DNA from: Octopus bimaculoides
Lineage: Eukaryota
Direction: 5' to 3'
Length of the DNA: 40,366 nt
NCBI RefSeq assembly: GCF_001194135.2
Contig: NC_068987.1
Location: 8,119,124-8,159,489, forward strand
Below the pieces are notes generated by a model. It was not told the origin of the DNA. It ran no database searches and worked only from the letters and a program-made list of their open reading frames with translations. Position 1 is the stretch's first letter. Each line of letters begins with the position of its first letter. The position numbers and the translations under genes are program-made. Shown in pieces: positions 21,610-33,368 of the stretch.

Positions 21610-21830
21610 TGTCTAGTGTGGATTACTTGGGAACCTCAGTAGTGTTGGGGCCATATAAAAAGCACCCAGTACACTCTGTAAAGTGGTTGGTGTTAGAAAG
21701 CACATCCAGTTGATGAAATCGTAACAAAGCTGACACTGGAGCTTGGTGCAGTCTTCTGACTTGTCAGCTCTTGTCTAACTGTCCAACCCATACCAGCATG
21801 GAAAAACAGACGTTAGATGATGCTGATGAA
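21610..21830 (+). mobile_element. Family B SINE
   Basis: aaaagcacccagtacactctgtaaagtggttggtgttagaaagcacatccag...ccaacccataccagcatggaaaaacagacgttagatgatg. Confidence 0.8.
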
Positions 21831-23427
21831 GCCATGCAATGATGGTTTTTGATATTGGCTGATGAGTATAAAGTTGGAGGTAGGAAACAGTCAAGTTCGG
21901 TCAACCTCAGTACTTAATGGCTAGGTAAAAATTAGCAGGATTATTAAAGTACTTGAGTCAATTTGTTTAACTTAGCCCTTCAAGGCAATGCTCCAGTGTG
22001 GCCGCCATCCAATGACTCCAGCAAGTAAAGGAATACTTTGTGTTATATCAAGTTAACCAAAGAAATTTGACACAACAGAATTTCCACATTTTTTATATCT
22101 ATCATCTCTTGTAATCCATTATAACTATTATTTACCATGTTTTTTTGCAAAATTTATTTTTCATATTTTATTTTATTTAGTCAATTTTTTTTTTTGTGAT
22201 TTGGAAAACTTTGGTGGATTAAATTGTAATATATATATATTTTTTAATTACACTTTTTAAAAAAATTTTTGTTATTTATCTCAACATCTGGGAACACTTA
22301 CAAAACTGGTGCCTTTTAATTAATTTGAGTGAGGTAATATGCTAAAATAATTTTAATATTGTACTACTTGCTAATCAGTGAGTTTAGCAAAAACTATTCT
22401 CTTGGGAATTGTTGTTGGTAGTGAATGCTGCCCACTACTTCAGTGTTGTTTTTGTTATTCTTTTTAATAAAATATGGCTGGGTTAGACTGTCTTGGAACT
22501 AATCTGTTCACATGCCATTTGATATGTAAAACCTAAATACAAAGTTAGATGGTTTTACTTAAGTAAATACCTGCAGGAAAAAAAAGAAAAAAAGAGGGGT
22601 TTTTGGTATTTGTACATTTATACTCGGTTTAATCATCTGTAGAAGTATCCGACACTACTAATTGAAATTTTAGCCTCAGCTGAACAAAACAAAAATAATC
22701 CCTTTTTTAAATATAGACTGCGGGGCTGAGTTCGTAGCCCTTTGTGCATTATGGGTAGGGTGAGAGTCAGCAGTATAGATAGATGTTTGTATGGAAGTTA
22801 ATACGGTTAATGCTAACTGAACATGTTTGTTAGCGAGACTAGGGAAAGGAAAATGTTGATGGACGGGAGCAGTGTTGAGGAATGCAACCTAGGGAAAGTG
22901 TTGATGAGGAATTGTATTGAGCATGGCAGGAAGGAAAAGAGAACGGTGATAGCATGTGAAGTATTTTTGTCTGTGATTACATTCATGTGGAATATTTTTC
23001 ATTTGGGGTCTTTGTACAATCAGGAAGGGGAAATGAAAGCTGTGATTGCATGTGAAGTATTTTCATTTGTGGGGGTCGGTGTAATCGGAAAGTTTAACGG
23101 GGCAGATATCATTGTATTAATAGTGCAAACAAATATACAGAAAATATCACACATCTAATGGAAGGTTAGTAATTTTAAATGAAGGTCACAGGGCTCAAAT
23201 GTCTGGTCAAGGGTGGAGAAAGACAGCTTTCTAAAATCTCACCTGGAATATGATCTAGGGCAGTGTTTCTCAGGTGTTTTTACCCCACACCCTGCTTTGA
23301 TTTTCCAAAATAATACAGACACTACTATGAATGGGCAAAGTGTATAGCACGTGCACACACACCCACACACATGCAGAACTTGAATTGTAAAACAGTTTCA
23401 TTTTCAATGAAATACCATATCTTCTAC

Positions 23428-23725
23428 ATCATGTTCTGAGCACTCTTTTCTCATCCAATTGACATCCAACAATGGGCACGTGTGTGTATAGATGGGTTTG
23501 TACTGCCTTCGAAACACGGAGTAGATAGAACAGGGACAACTGACGAAGTGGCATACTCTTTATGTTGCGAGTCTCGTTTCTCTGTTTTTTCGTTGTTTGA
23601 AAAAAGTTCGTTTTCTGTTTTCGTTTCTCATTGTGTTTAATGTTTTTTTGATGTCCTGTACACATATATGCTTGTATGTATACATATAGATGTAGGTACG
23701 TACATATATGTATGGATATATGCAT
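23428..23725 (+). mobile_element. Unclassified dispersed repeat (family F)
   Basis: Homologous to the reverse complement of 18690-18870; ends in a (TA/TG) tail. Confidence 0.6.
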
Positions 23726-24518
23726 ATATTTATATATTATTTATATTATTATATATATTTGTGTGTGTGTGTGTGTGTGTGTGCATGTGTATAGGTAGGT
23801 ATGTATATATGTATATACACACATACATTCAAAAGCAGTTTTAACTGAAACTTTATTGCAAGTTTGATTAACTCATTACTTATTTACTTAATCCCCATAC
23901 TGAAGCCATCCATGCACTCCACCATCAGGATGGATGTGACACCCCCTGCTCCACCCTACCCCACCTTGAGAAATATTGGTCTAAAATCTGAATGCAAACA
24001 ACACAGAGAGACCCTGTCCCGGGGATGTCTAAAACCTACTCAAGTATGAAGGTTGTTTGTACTGTATGTAGATGTTTCACTTCTAAAATACACTTTTTGT
24101 CTATTTTCGAGAAGTGTACTGCAATGTGAGTGTTACACCATGGCTGTTTAAACAGTGGCCTACTGTAAGGTGTAATTGTGCTTTGTTTTCAGGCAGTAGA
24201 CACTCAAGTCCTGACACATTTTCTTGCTCTGCTCTAAAAAAAAAAGGAAACAGAACTTTCGTAATACAGGTTTTTTTTTTTTTTTAGTTTCCTTTCTTTC
24301 CTTATTTTTTTTTTTTTTTCGGTTATGTAAAGAATGTATTTCTTGAATGTGTCTTCATTAGTTTTACACCCAACTTCTTCCCCAATACTTCAGTTTGGAA
24401 AATAAAGAGTTTTATTATATATATATATTCATATAAGATATATATACACACAATCACATACATACATACTTATATAATGTGTGCATGTATGTATCTATAT
24501 GATTATATAATAAAACTT

Positions 24519-24555
<37 letters not shown>

Positions 24556-24921
24556 NNNNNNNNNNNNNNNNNNNNNNNNNNNNNNNNNNNNNNNNNNNNN
24601 NNNNNNNNNNNNNNNNNNNNNNNNNNNNNNNNNNNNNNNNNNNNNNNNNNNNNNNNNNNNNNNNNNNNNNNNNNNNNNNNNNNNNNNNNNNNNNNNNNNN
24701 NNNNNNNNNNNNNNNNNNNNNNNNNNNNNNNNNNNNNNNNNNNNNNNNNNNNNNNNNNNNNNNNNNNNNNNNNNNNNNNNNGGTAGACAGTTGGTCTTTC
24801 TGCTGGTGTAGATAAGAGTTTCAAGCTTGAAATAAAATACATCAAAATGCATCTTCAAGTACTGTACCATTACCTGCCTGTTGTTGAAGTCAGTGTTGCA
24901 CAGTTGATGTCAATTTTATGG

Positions 24922-25000
24922 CAGTAGTTCTCAATCATTTTTTGCTTATGGACCCTTTTCAGTTCCTCTTTTACTCAGGTGGACACCCATAGCCATCTCG
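24922..25000 (+). mobile_element. hAT/Charlie-like MITE end
   Basis: cagtagttctcaatcattttttgcttatggaccc resembles CAGTGGTTCTCAA termini and matches the reverse complement of 34278-34355. Confidence 0.55.
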
Positions 25001-25016
25001 TATTTTTATTATAAAT

Positions 25017-25432
25017 AGGCGTAGGAGTGGCTGTGTCGTAAGAAGCTTGCTTCCCAACCACATGGTTCCAGGTTCAGCCCCACTGCATGGTGCCTTGGGC
25101 GAGTGTCTTCTACTGTAGCCTCAGGCCGACCAAAGCCTTGTGAGTGGATTTGGTAGATGAAAACTGAAAGAAGCCCATCATATATATATATGTATAAATA
25201 TATGTATGCGTGTGTTTGTTATTTGTGTCTGTGTTTGTCTTGTCCCCCCACAACATCGCTTGACAACCGAAGGTGGTGTTTACATCTCTGTAACATTAGT
25301 GGTTCGGCAAAAGAGACCGATAGAATAAGTACTAGGCTTACAAAAAATAAGTCCTGGAGTCGATTTGCTTAACTAAAGGCAGTGCTCCAGCATGGCCACA
25401 GTCAAATGACTGAAACAAGTGAAAGAAAAGAA
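25017..25432 (+). mobile_element. Full-length SINE: A head, microsatellite linker, C tail
   Basis: aggcgtaggagtggctgtgtcgtaag...ggttcagccc...aagaagcccatc-(TA/TG)-...ggttcggcaaaagagaccgatagaataagtactaggc...gtgctccagcatggccacagtcaaatgactgaaacaag. Confidence 0.9.
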
Positions 25433-26314
25433 AGAATAGAATTTTAGTCCTTACACAACTAAACTCAGCACCACCTAGCGATGTTCTTATATTCCTTCTT
25501 TCACAATCATTTCATGAATATCCGATTAAGTTATGCAACACAGACTCAATGTAGTCTCCTGTAATTTTCTTCTGTTGCTACCTTTCTGATATTTTCTTCA
25601 TCTTTTGGACTGAAGAGAATGGTAATACGTAATTAAATTAATTTAATTATGATTATAATTAATTTAATTTTTTCCATGTTTCTTACATGTTGGTGTTATC
25701 ATTCGAAACGATCGTGTTCATGGATTAAAATTTTATAAGACTTTTAACATCTTCTCTTCTCCATTTTTAATTGTTTGTTGAGTTTCTATAGGATTATATC
25801 CTATAAATGCTCATAACACACCTTTTACTTGTTAAATTTTCATATTTTTTTGAATAAAATCTTACAAAAGTAAGCTACAATTTTAATATGAAGAGTCTTT
25901 ATTAGAAATCTAACTTTGGATCCCCCCCCCCAATGTAAAAGTGTTCTAATTGAACTCAACCTTTCTCTCAAATATGTGTATANNNNNNNNNNNNNNNNNN
26001 NNNNNNNNNNNNNNNNNNNNNNNNNNNNNNNNNNNNNNNNNNNNNNNNNNNNNNNNNNNNNNNNNNNNNNNNNNNNNNNNNNNNNNNNNNNNNNNNNNNN
26101 NNNNNNNNNNNNNNNNNNNNNNNNNNNNNNNNNNNNNNNNNNNNNNNNNNNNNNNNNNNNNNNNNNNNNNNNNNNNNNNNNNNNNNNNNNNNNNNNNNNN
26201 NNNNNNNNNNNNNNNNNNNNNNNNNNNNNNNNNNNNNNNNNNNNNNNNNNNNNNNNNNNNNNNNNNNNNNNNNNNNNNNNNNNNNNNNNNNNNNNNNNNN
26301 NNNNNNNNNNNNNN

Positions 26315-26353
<39 letters not shown>

Positions 26354-26514
26354 TACATATATATTTATTCAATATGAAAAGCAAATAAGTAACAAGGATG
26401 TCCAGGTATCAGTACATTACGGCCACTTCCAGGGGCTCCATTTAATTAACCAATGAAAACATTACATCAATTTGAAATAAACCGCTCTCTTTGGAAGCAG
26501 ACGACCATATATCT

Positions 26515-26735
26515 ATGTGTGTGTGTCTTTTTCTATGTTTGTGCCCCACCACCTCTTGACAGCCATTGTAGGTGTGTTTATGTCCCTGTAACTTAGTGAT
26601 TCAGCAAAAAAGACTACTAGAAGAAGTACCAGCCTTAACAAAAAGGAAAAAAGTAGTGGGGTTAATTCATTCAGTTAGAAATTCTTCAAGGCACTGCCCC
26701 AACATGGCCACAGTCGGTTCACTGAAACAAGTAGA
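26515..26735 (+). mobile_element. Family C SINE module
   Basis: gtgtttatgtccctgtaacttagtgattcagcaaaaagac...tgccccaacatggccacagtcggttcactgaaacaag. Confidence 0.8.
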
Positions 26736-26980
26736 AGGTATAAGTTCACTTCTCTGATCCCTTTCATGTTGCTTGGAATGGGTGCAAGTTTGACTGTATG
26801 GTTTAAAGGTTTATTTTGCAGTCATCCAGTTTCAGGTTCGATAACCACTATGAAGTACCTTGGACCTGATTTTTCTATCTTAACTCGGGATCAACCAAAG
26901 CCTTGTAAATAAAATCCGATATTGGATAAGTTGTACTTTTCCTTAAGGGGTTAGACGTCATCCAATATAGTTTAATACCG

Positions 26981-27270
26981 TTAACCCATTAGCATCCAAC
27001 CTAAATATTCAAAATGTTTTATGTTCAACTGGCTTTTGGAACACAATTTTTGATTTTGTAAATAATGTTTTTCTCAAATGTGGCTTCATTAGCTCTGTAA
27101 CCCTTTCCTCTCCAATGTTTCAGCATTTGGAATACCCTACAATGTCATTCTAAAAATTAACGATCACATCATCAAGATCTCAAAGCTACAAGATAATGTG
27201 TGATTAATTCAAAACAATTGAATAAACAAGGATTATATTTGAGAGAGTAATCTGAATGCTAAAGGGTTAA
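26981..27270. mobile_element. piggyBac-type MITE with TTAA target-site duplication
   Basis: TTAA(26981-84)|cccattagc ... gctaaaggg|TTAA(27267-70); opposite orientation to 10713-10940. Confidence 0.75.
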
Positions 27271-27284
27271 AGCTTAGCAAAATA

Positions 27285-27725
27285 CTATCAAAATGAAGTG
27301 GCAAAGTTAACCAGCCCTGGAATATGCCAATGCACATTGACACGGAGGTTGTGGTTAATCAGCTGGATATTGTTATTAAGGACCACCACGAAAGGAAATG
27401 CCTTTTAATTGACAGAAGTATCAGTCCCAACAGATGATAATGCACTTTTCAAAGAAATGGTGGAAATTATTAATGAAATATGAAGATCTAAAAATAAAGA
27501 TAACCCATACTGTAGGAACTCCCTATAATAATGGGTGTTTGGGGAATAATTAAAAACCCTGCAGACAAATACATAACCAAAACATCAAGTCTTACAAATA
27601 TTGCACAGCAGAGAAATGGTGAAACCAAATGAAAATACTCCACACATACAAGACCCAGGCTGCTGTGTTGAGTGGTGCAGTGAAAACACAATAAAAATAA
27701 GACTACTGAATAAATAATAATAATG
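27285..27725 (+). mobile_element. Decayed restriction-like endonuclease region of an R4/Dong-type (RLE) non-LTR retrotransposon
   Basis: Frameshifted pieces QNEVAK / WNMPMHIDTEVVVNQLDIVIKDHHERKCLLID / VSVPTDDNALFKEM / KYEDLKIKIT / PIIMGVWGIIKNPADKYITKT follow the RPDIVV...IDVSIP.D...KE.EK..KY.DL...P...GALG motif order of RLE domains; ends in aataaataataataat. Confidence 0.8.
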
Positions 27726-28419
27726 ATTGTGAGGTTAAGTCCATGAGGGCCTCTTTGATTCTGGTTTTGCTATCTTTACAGCTAACAAGAGCTAACTTTG
27801 CTCTCTTGCCTCCCAAGCTGATAAATTAGAGATAAATTTGTGAGAAGTTACTTTTAAACAGTAAGCAAAATTGTTCTAGAAAAAAGCTCATTTACATAAT
27901 TGTAAGAGGTTGATGACTTGATTATAGTTACCAGAGTGGGTATATTGTGCAAACCAGTGGTCTGTATGACCTGGTGTAGGGTGGAATGTCCACATAAGAT
28001 TTTGTTGTTAAAAATTTATGTACAATAAACCAGTTATACTTTTTACAGCACACAATATTTTGACAATATTTTAAATACAATTTATAATAATATTTCAGCA
28101 TAAAAATATATCACTTGTTAAGCTTATCTCTACAGATAAATTATAGCCAGCACTGATATTTGTGACTACGTTTCATATCCGAGACGTCAGAAGCAAACAA
28201 ACAATGAGACTGAAGATGAAAAATGGGTTTGGGTGTACATGTCATATTTAGGAAGTTTTTGCCCCTTCATCAAAAACTGCCAAAGTATGGCTTGTGTGCC
28301 TGTTGCCCTTTTTTCATCTTCGATCTCCTTGTTTGTTTGCCTCTGATGTCTTGGATACGAAACATCGTAACGTAAATCAGTGGTGGTTATAATTTCCATA
28401 GAATACCTGCAGCGATAAC

Positions 28420-28890
28420 CTTAGCAAGTGATGGTTCTGGGTTCAGTGCCACTGTATGGTGCCTTGGGCAAGTGTCTTCTACTGTAGTAGCCCTGCACAA
28501 GGCAATGCCTCGGGCAAGTGTCTTCTACTGTAGTAGCCCTGCACAAGGCAATGCCTCGTGGGTGAATTTGGTAGAGGGTAGGGCCTCATAGAGGTAGTGA
28601 TAAGTGACCGAGGCTTTTGGCTGTATATCGTGCTTGAGAAGACCTGTCAGGCCAAGTGATATCATAGTCATGGCCAATGCTGGTGTTTTGTGACTGGCAC
28701 CCATGCTGCTGGTGTATAAAAACCACCCACTACACTCTTGGAGTGGTTGGCATTAGGAAGGGCCTCCAGCTGTAGAAACCATGCCAAATCAGATTGAAAT
28801 GTGGTGCAGCTGCCCAGCTTATCAGTTTTCAGTCAAGCCGTCCAACCCATGCCAGCATGGAAAACGGACGTTAAACGACGATGATGGTGA
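28420..28890 (+). mobile_element. SINE A head (with a 46-bp perfect duplication) followed by a B module
   Basis: gggcaagtgtcttctactgtagtagccctgcacaaggcaatgcctc at 28466-28511 and 28512-28557; then ggagtggttggcattaggaagggcctccagctg...catggaaaacggacgttaaacg. Confidence 0.85.
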
Positions 28891-28894
28891 TGTA

Positions 28895-29105
28895 TGTTCA
28901 TGTTTGTCCCCCTCTCTTCTCTCACTGCTTGATAAACCGGTGCTAGTTTGTTTACATCCCCATAACTTAGCAGTTTAACAAAAGAGACCGATAGAGCAAG
29001 TACGAGACTGATAGAGTAAGTACTATGTCTTTAAATCCTCCAAGGCTGTGCCCCAGCATGGTCGCACTCCAATGATTGAAACAAGCAGACGATAAAAAGA
29101 TAAAA
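28895..29105 (+). mobile_element. Family C SINE module
   Basis: ccccataacttagcagtttaacaaaagagaccgatagagcaag...gtgccccagcatggtcgcactccaatgattgaaacaag. Confidence 0.8.
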
Positions 29106-29161
29106 AGAAACCATGAGGCGTTTCATTGAGTTCTGTATTTTTTTCATTCCTCGGCCATGAC

Positions 29162-29197
<36 letters not shown>

Positions 29198-29309
29198 TAA
29201 TAATGATAACAACAAAGTAACAACTGTGTAATGATTTATGATTTTCTATTATATTAAAACTAATCTTTAGTCTTGCAATAGATTTCTCTAGTTTTGGTGT
29301 TGTCTTTGT

Positions 29310-29320
29310 GCTTGTGTGTG

Positions 29321-29356
<36 letters not shown>

Positions 29357-30301
29357 CATACATGTATATGTGTGCATACATATATATATATATATATATA
29401 TATGCGTGTGTGTGTGTGTGTATATGTTTATGTGTGTATATGTGTATGTTTGTGTGTGTGTGTGTGTATATATATATATGTGTGTGTGTGTGTCTATTTG
29501 TGTTTGTATGTATGGGTGTGTGTGTGTGTGTGCAATATGTGTACATGCTGTGTGTGAGTGTATACATACTGTGTATGCAGTGCATGTTTGTGTGCACATG
29601 CTATTTGCCTGTATGCATGCTGTGTGAACACTATATGTACTGTGTGTGTGTGTGTGTGTGTGTATTTGTTTGTACAAGTGCTGTGTGTGCATTGTGTGTT
29701 GTTTGTGTGTGCTCTATGTGCTTTTATCACTCCAATGCAATGGTTAGTTAGCTGTTCCACACGCACACACACACACACACACGCACGCACGCGCGCAGAC
29801 ACACCGTCAAAAGCAAACACACAACTGAAAGCGCTTTGCTGTTTAATATTGGCGGTTGCATTCACACCCCACGCTGTTTCATCCCCCCAAAACCCCTCAC
29901 TTAACTTCTCCACCTCTTTCCTTCCCTCCTTCCTTCCCTCCTCCTCTTCCCCTCTCTCTCTCTCTCTATCTCTCTCTTTCTCCTTTTCTCTCCTTTTTGG
30001 ATTCTGTCCTTTTTCAAAGCTATTTTGTAACCAGGTCACTCGCTCTCTCTGTACTTGGATCAATAACATCTTTTGTGATAGGAACTATCTCCATATCTTG
30101 GTTACTAAGGTGGCTTATCCCTAGAACACCTTGTCTCTCCCCACCCCACAAAATACACACACACACACACACACGCTCTTTTACGAAAGCATACATACAC
30201 ATCTCACTCTTACTTACACATACAATCTTACTTACACATACAATCTCTTATATTGTATCCTTTCATATACAACCACACACACACACACACACATATATAT
30301 A

Positions 30302-30347
<46 letters not shown>

Positions 30348-30718
30348 TGCATTCATATATATTGGTGTATACACACATGTAATGTAGATTCATTTGTGTA
30401 CACCCTATATGTATGCATGTCTGTGTGTATATACACTATTATATGTGTATGTGTGTGTACATGTATGCACACATGGTGTATATGTATGTGTTCATATTTG
30501 TGTATGTATATTTGTATGTGGTGTGTGTACATCCATTATGTGTGTGTTTGTGTGCACCCTGCATATGTCTGTTTGGTGGTGTGTGTGTGTGTGTGTGTGC
30601 ATATACATATAAAGAGAGTAGTGTGTGTGTGTAGGCACTGATACATCTGCATACAGAAAAACACATGCATTTGTATAGATACAAGTGAATGCGTAGATGC
30701 ATTCATAATATAACATCC

Positions 30719-30750
<32 letters not shown>
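29310..30750. repeat. Large (TG)/(TA)/(CA)/(CT) microsatellite mosaic
   Basis: Direct reading; source of the long CV/HT/SL ORFs, including the 261-aa one. Confidence 0.95.
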
Positions 30751-30755
<5 letters not shown>

Positions 30756-30837
30756 TCCTAACAGTTTATGGTTCTTCCACAGGAGAGTGCTTTTTCATGT
30801 AAGTTACAACACTGCTGTCTTTTATCAATCTTTTTCT

Positions 30838-31050
30838 CTTCTGCCACCGCCGCCACCACCACCACCATTACCACCACCACCACCACTTCTGTTTGCCTCC
30901 TCCTCCTCCCACACCACCTTTGTCCTGTCGCCTCCATCACCATTATTGCTGCCACCGCTACTACTACTAGCAGCACTAACAATAACACCACCACCACCTC
31001 CACCACCGCTACTACTACTAGCACCACGACCACAACCCACCCACCTACCT
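30838..31050. repeat. Degenerate (ACC/ACT)n trinucleotide tract
   Basis: gccaccgccgccaccaccaccaccattaccaccacc...actactactagc. Confidence 0.9.
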
Positions 31051-31272
31051 CTGTCAGCAATAATACCATTTGTTCTTCAGAAAGGACTACCCAGTTTGTT
31101 TTGTTTTCCATACAGTAAAAATGGTCTCTTCTTCTGTTATTGGCTGAGAAGAAGAAGAAATGGGGGATTTTGAAAATTACTCAAACTTTAGGCCCATGTC
31201 TCACACTCAAACTCTCTCTCTCTCTCTCTCTCTTTCTCTTTCTCTTGCACACTTATAAATAAATACATGCAT

Positions 31273-31316
<44 letters not shown>

Positions 31317-31713
31317 TAAGTATCTTTCTCTCCACACATACAAATACACACACAAACACACACACTAACTCTCTTTCTGTCTGTCTGTCTCTCTCTCTCT
31401 CTGTCTCTCTCTCTCTGTCTCTCTATCTCTCTGTCTCTCTCTGTCTCCCTCATTTTCGTTGTCTTTAATTATGTAGACCATTTTATTTATTCAAGGATGC
31501 TTTCTGATCTTTTCTGTGTGTTGCTTTCGATGTTATGAGTGTGTGTGTGTGTGTGTGCGTGTGTAGGTGTTTTGGTGTGTATATGAGCTCGAAAAGGAGA
31601 GAGAAGGAGGAGGGAGGGAGAGCATAAATGATTTATTCTCTCCATTTCTTTGCTTATATATCTTGCTCTTTTCCATGGTTGAAATGCTAAAGAAAGAACC
31701 ACAAAGAACTTAC

Positions 31714-32630
31714 CGTAATTTCTGTTGCCGTTGTAAATTTTTAGATTTTACTTTTTTTTTTTTTTTCGTAAAATTTCCTAAAAGTTGATATTGAGATGAA
31801 GCAGGGGTGAGAATGATGTGTTTCTCTGCTCTTTGAAACACTTGTGCCAGGCCAGGTCATGCATGGAGGTGGGGTGGGGATCATGCACCATTGTAGTGCA
31901 TTGCTGCATCTGCTCTTTGTCATTCTGGGGGCATTCCACCGAGGGGGGGGGGCGGTCTCAGTCAGTTACCATCCCTGTGATGTACTTACTTCATTTGCTT
32001 TGACCATGTGGCTTATGACTGGTCAATACAAGCCAACGCCCCAGTTAGATCCTCAGAGAAGACAATNNNNNNNNNNNNNNNNNNNNNNNNNNNNNNNNNN
32101 NNNNNNNNNNNNNNNNNNNNNNNNNNNNNNNNNNNNNNNNNNNNNNNNNNNNNNNNNNNNNNNNNNNNNNNNNNNNNNNNNNNNNNNNNNNNNNNNNNNN
32201 NNNNNNNNNNNNNNNNNNNNNNNNNNNNNNNNNNNNNNNNNNNNNNNNNNNNNNNNNNNNNNNNNNNNNNNNNNNNNCGTAATTTCTGTTGCCGTTGTAA
32301 ATTTTTAGATTTTACTTTTTTTTTTTTTTTCGTAAAATTTCCTAAAAGTTGATATTGAGATGAAGCAGGGGTGAGAATGATGTGTTTCTCTGCTCTTTGA
32401 AACACTTGTGCCAGGCCAGGTCATGCATGGAGGTGGGGTGGGGATCATGCACCATTGTAGTGCATTGCTGCATCTGCTCTTTGTCATTCTGGGGGCATTC
32501 CACCGAGGGGGGGGGGCGGTCTCAGTCAGTTACCATCCCTGTGATGTACTTACTTCATTTGCTTTGACCATGTGGCTTATGACTGGTCAATACAAGCCAA
32601 CGCCCCAGTTAGATCCTCAGAGAAGACAAT
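31714..32630. repeat. Identical 353-bp direct duplication across an N gap (probable scaffolding artefact)
   Basis: 31714-32066 equals 32278-32630, each abutting the 211-N gap. Confidence 0.85.
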
Positions 32631-32752
32631 ACAATATGCAGGATTGAAATCAGAAAATGGAGCAACACAATTAAACAGTCTGAGCTGTTTCGGTAAACGC
32701 TTGTGTGGTTATTTACAATGGACAGATAGGTGTCCTCATCATGTTTGTTGTT

Positions 32753-32798
32753 ATCACAACATTTCAGCTGGTTTACTCCCCAGCCTTCATCAGGTGTT
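32753..32798 (-). ncRNA. Minimal hammerhead motif, partly decayed
   Basis: Reverse strand: AACAC-CUGAUGA-A-GGCUGG-ggaguaaa-CCAGCU-GAAA-U-GUU-GUGAU. Stem I CAC/GUG intact; C15.2>U and C11.1>U are consistent with CpG decay. Confidence 0.65.
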
Positions 32799-32954
32799 CT
32801 GGGGGAATTTCGAACCCTAACCCTTTTGTTTGACTAATGGGGTACGCTGTTCTCATTCCTAAGGTATGTTGCTGATGTTATTGTTCTGTTGTTAGGAATG
32901 AGAACAGCATACCCCCATTAGTCAAATAAAGGGTTGGGTTTGAAATTCCACCAG

Positions 32955-32998
32955 AACACCTGATGAAGGCTGGAGAGTACATCAGCCGAAACATGATA
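32955..32998 (+). ncRNA. Hammerhead motif lacking its cleavage triplet (likely inactive)
   Basis: AACAC-CTGATGA(32960-66)-A-GGCTG-gagagtacat-CAGCC-GAAA(32988-91)-C-ATGATA; GUU is absent. Confidence 0.55.
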
Positions 32999-33368
32999 AA
33001 AACAAACCAGATGAGGACAGCTATCCATCCATTGTAAATAATGTACATAATTCCTCATCCCCAAAATATAGAATGGTATTACTCTTGTGTGGTGTTCCAG
33101 AATTGAAACCCATGTTGCTGAAAGAAATATTGTTGTTGTATTTGATAGCATATAGAATGGCACTCTTTTTTTTCTTTACAAAACTTCAAAAACTACCTTG
33201 GGTCCTATATGCCAACATCCTCAACCACCAGGCTGTGGACCAGTATCAGATCATGAACTGTTTGGTATTGGGCCACACAGAAGGAATAAATTTATAAATT
33301 TCATTTCTATTTTATTGACTGTTACAGCCTGGAGGGTGGTTTTGCACTAGAACCTGCTCTCTCCTCCC

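Larger units (their letters stand above)
32709..33075. mobile_element. Head-to-head inverted pair (~150-bp arms) of a hammerhead-bearing Penelope-like repeat
   Basis: Left arm 32709-32862, 29-nt spacer, right arm 32892-33041 (reverse complement, diverged), then terminus aatgtacataattcctcatccccaaaatatagaatgg. Confidence 0.75.

Noticed and set aside
21821-21870. CTGATGA words at 21822 and about 21859
   Set aside because: No paired stem II or downstream GAAAC; part of a (GAT)n SINE tail and flank.
22716-23245. Possible decayed LINE 3' end on the minus strand with an internal ~95-bp degenerate duplication
   Set aside because: Translation is too broken to support a clade call without a database search.
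23253-23275. atctaggg|cagtgtttctca, a Charlie-like target plus terminal repeat
   Set aside because: Only one end found; no partner terminus or second target copy.
29856-30641. 261-aa ORF and other long CV/HT/YI/SL-rich ORFs in the track
   Set aside because: Translations of dinucleotide microsatellites, which lack stops by composition; no domain signal.
31714-32630. 353-bp tandem duplication as a biological event
   Set aside because: Identical copies abutting a scaffold gap are typical of unmerged contig overlap; the same pattern occurs at the 13589-13727 gap.
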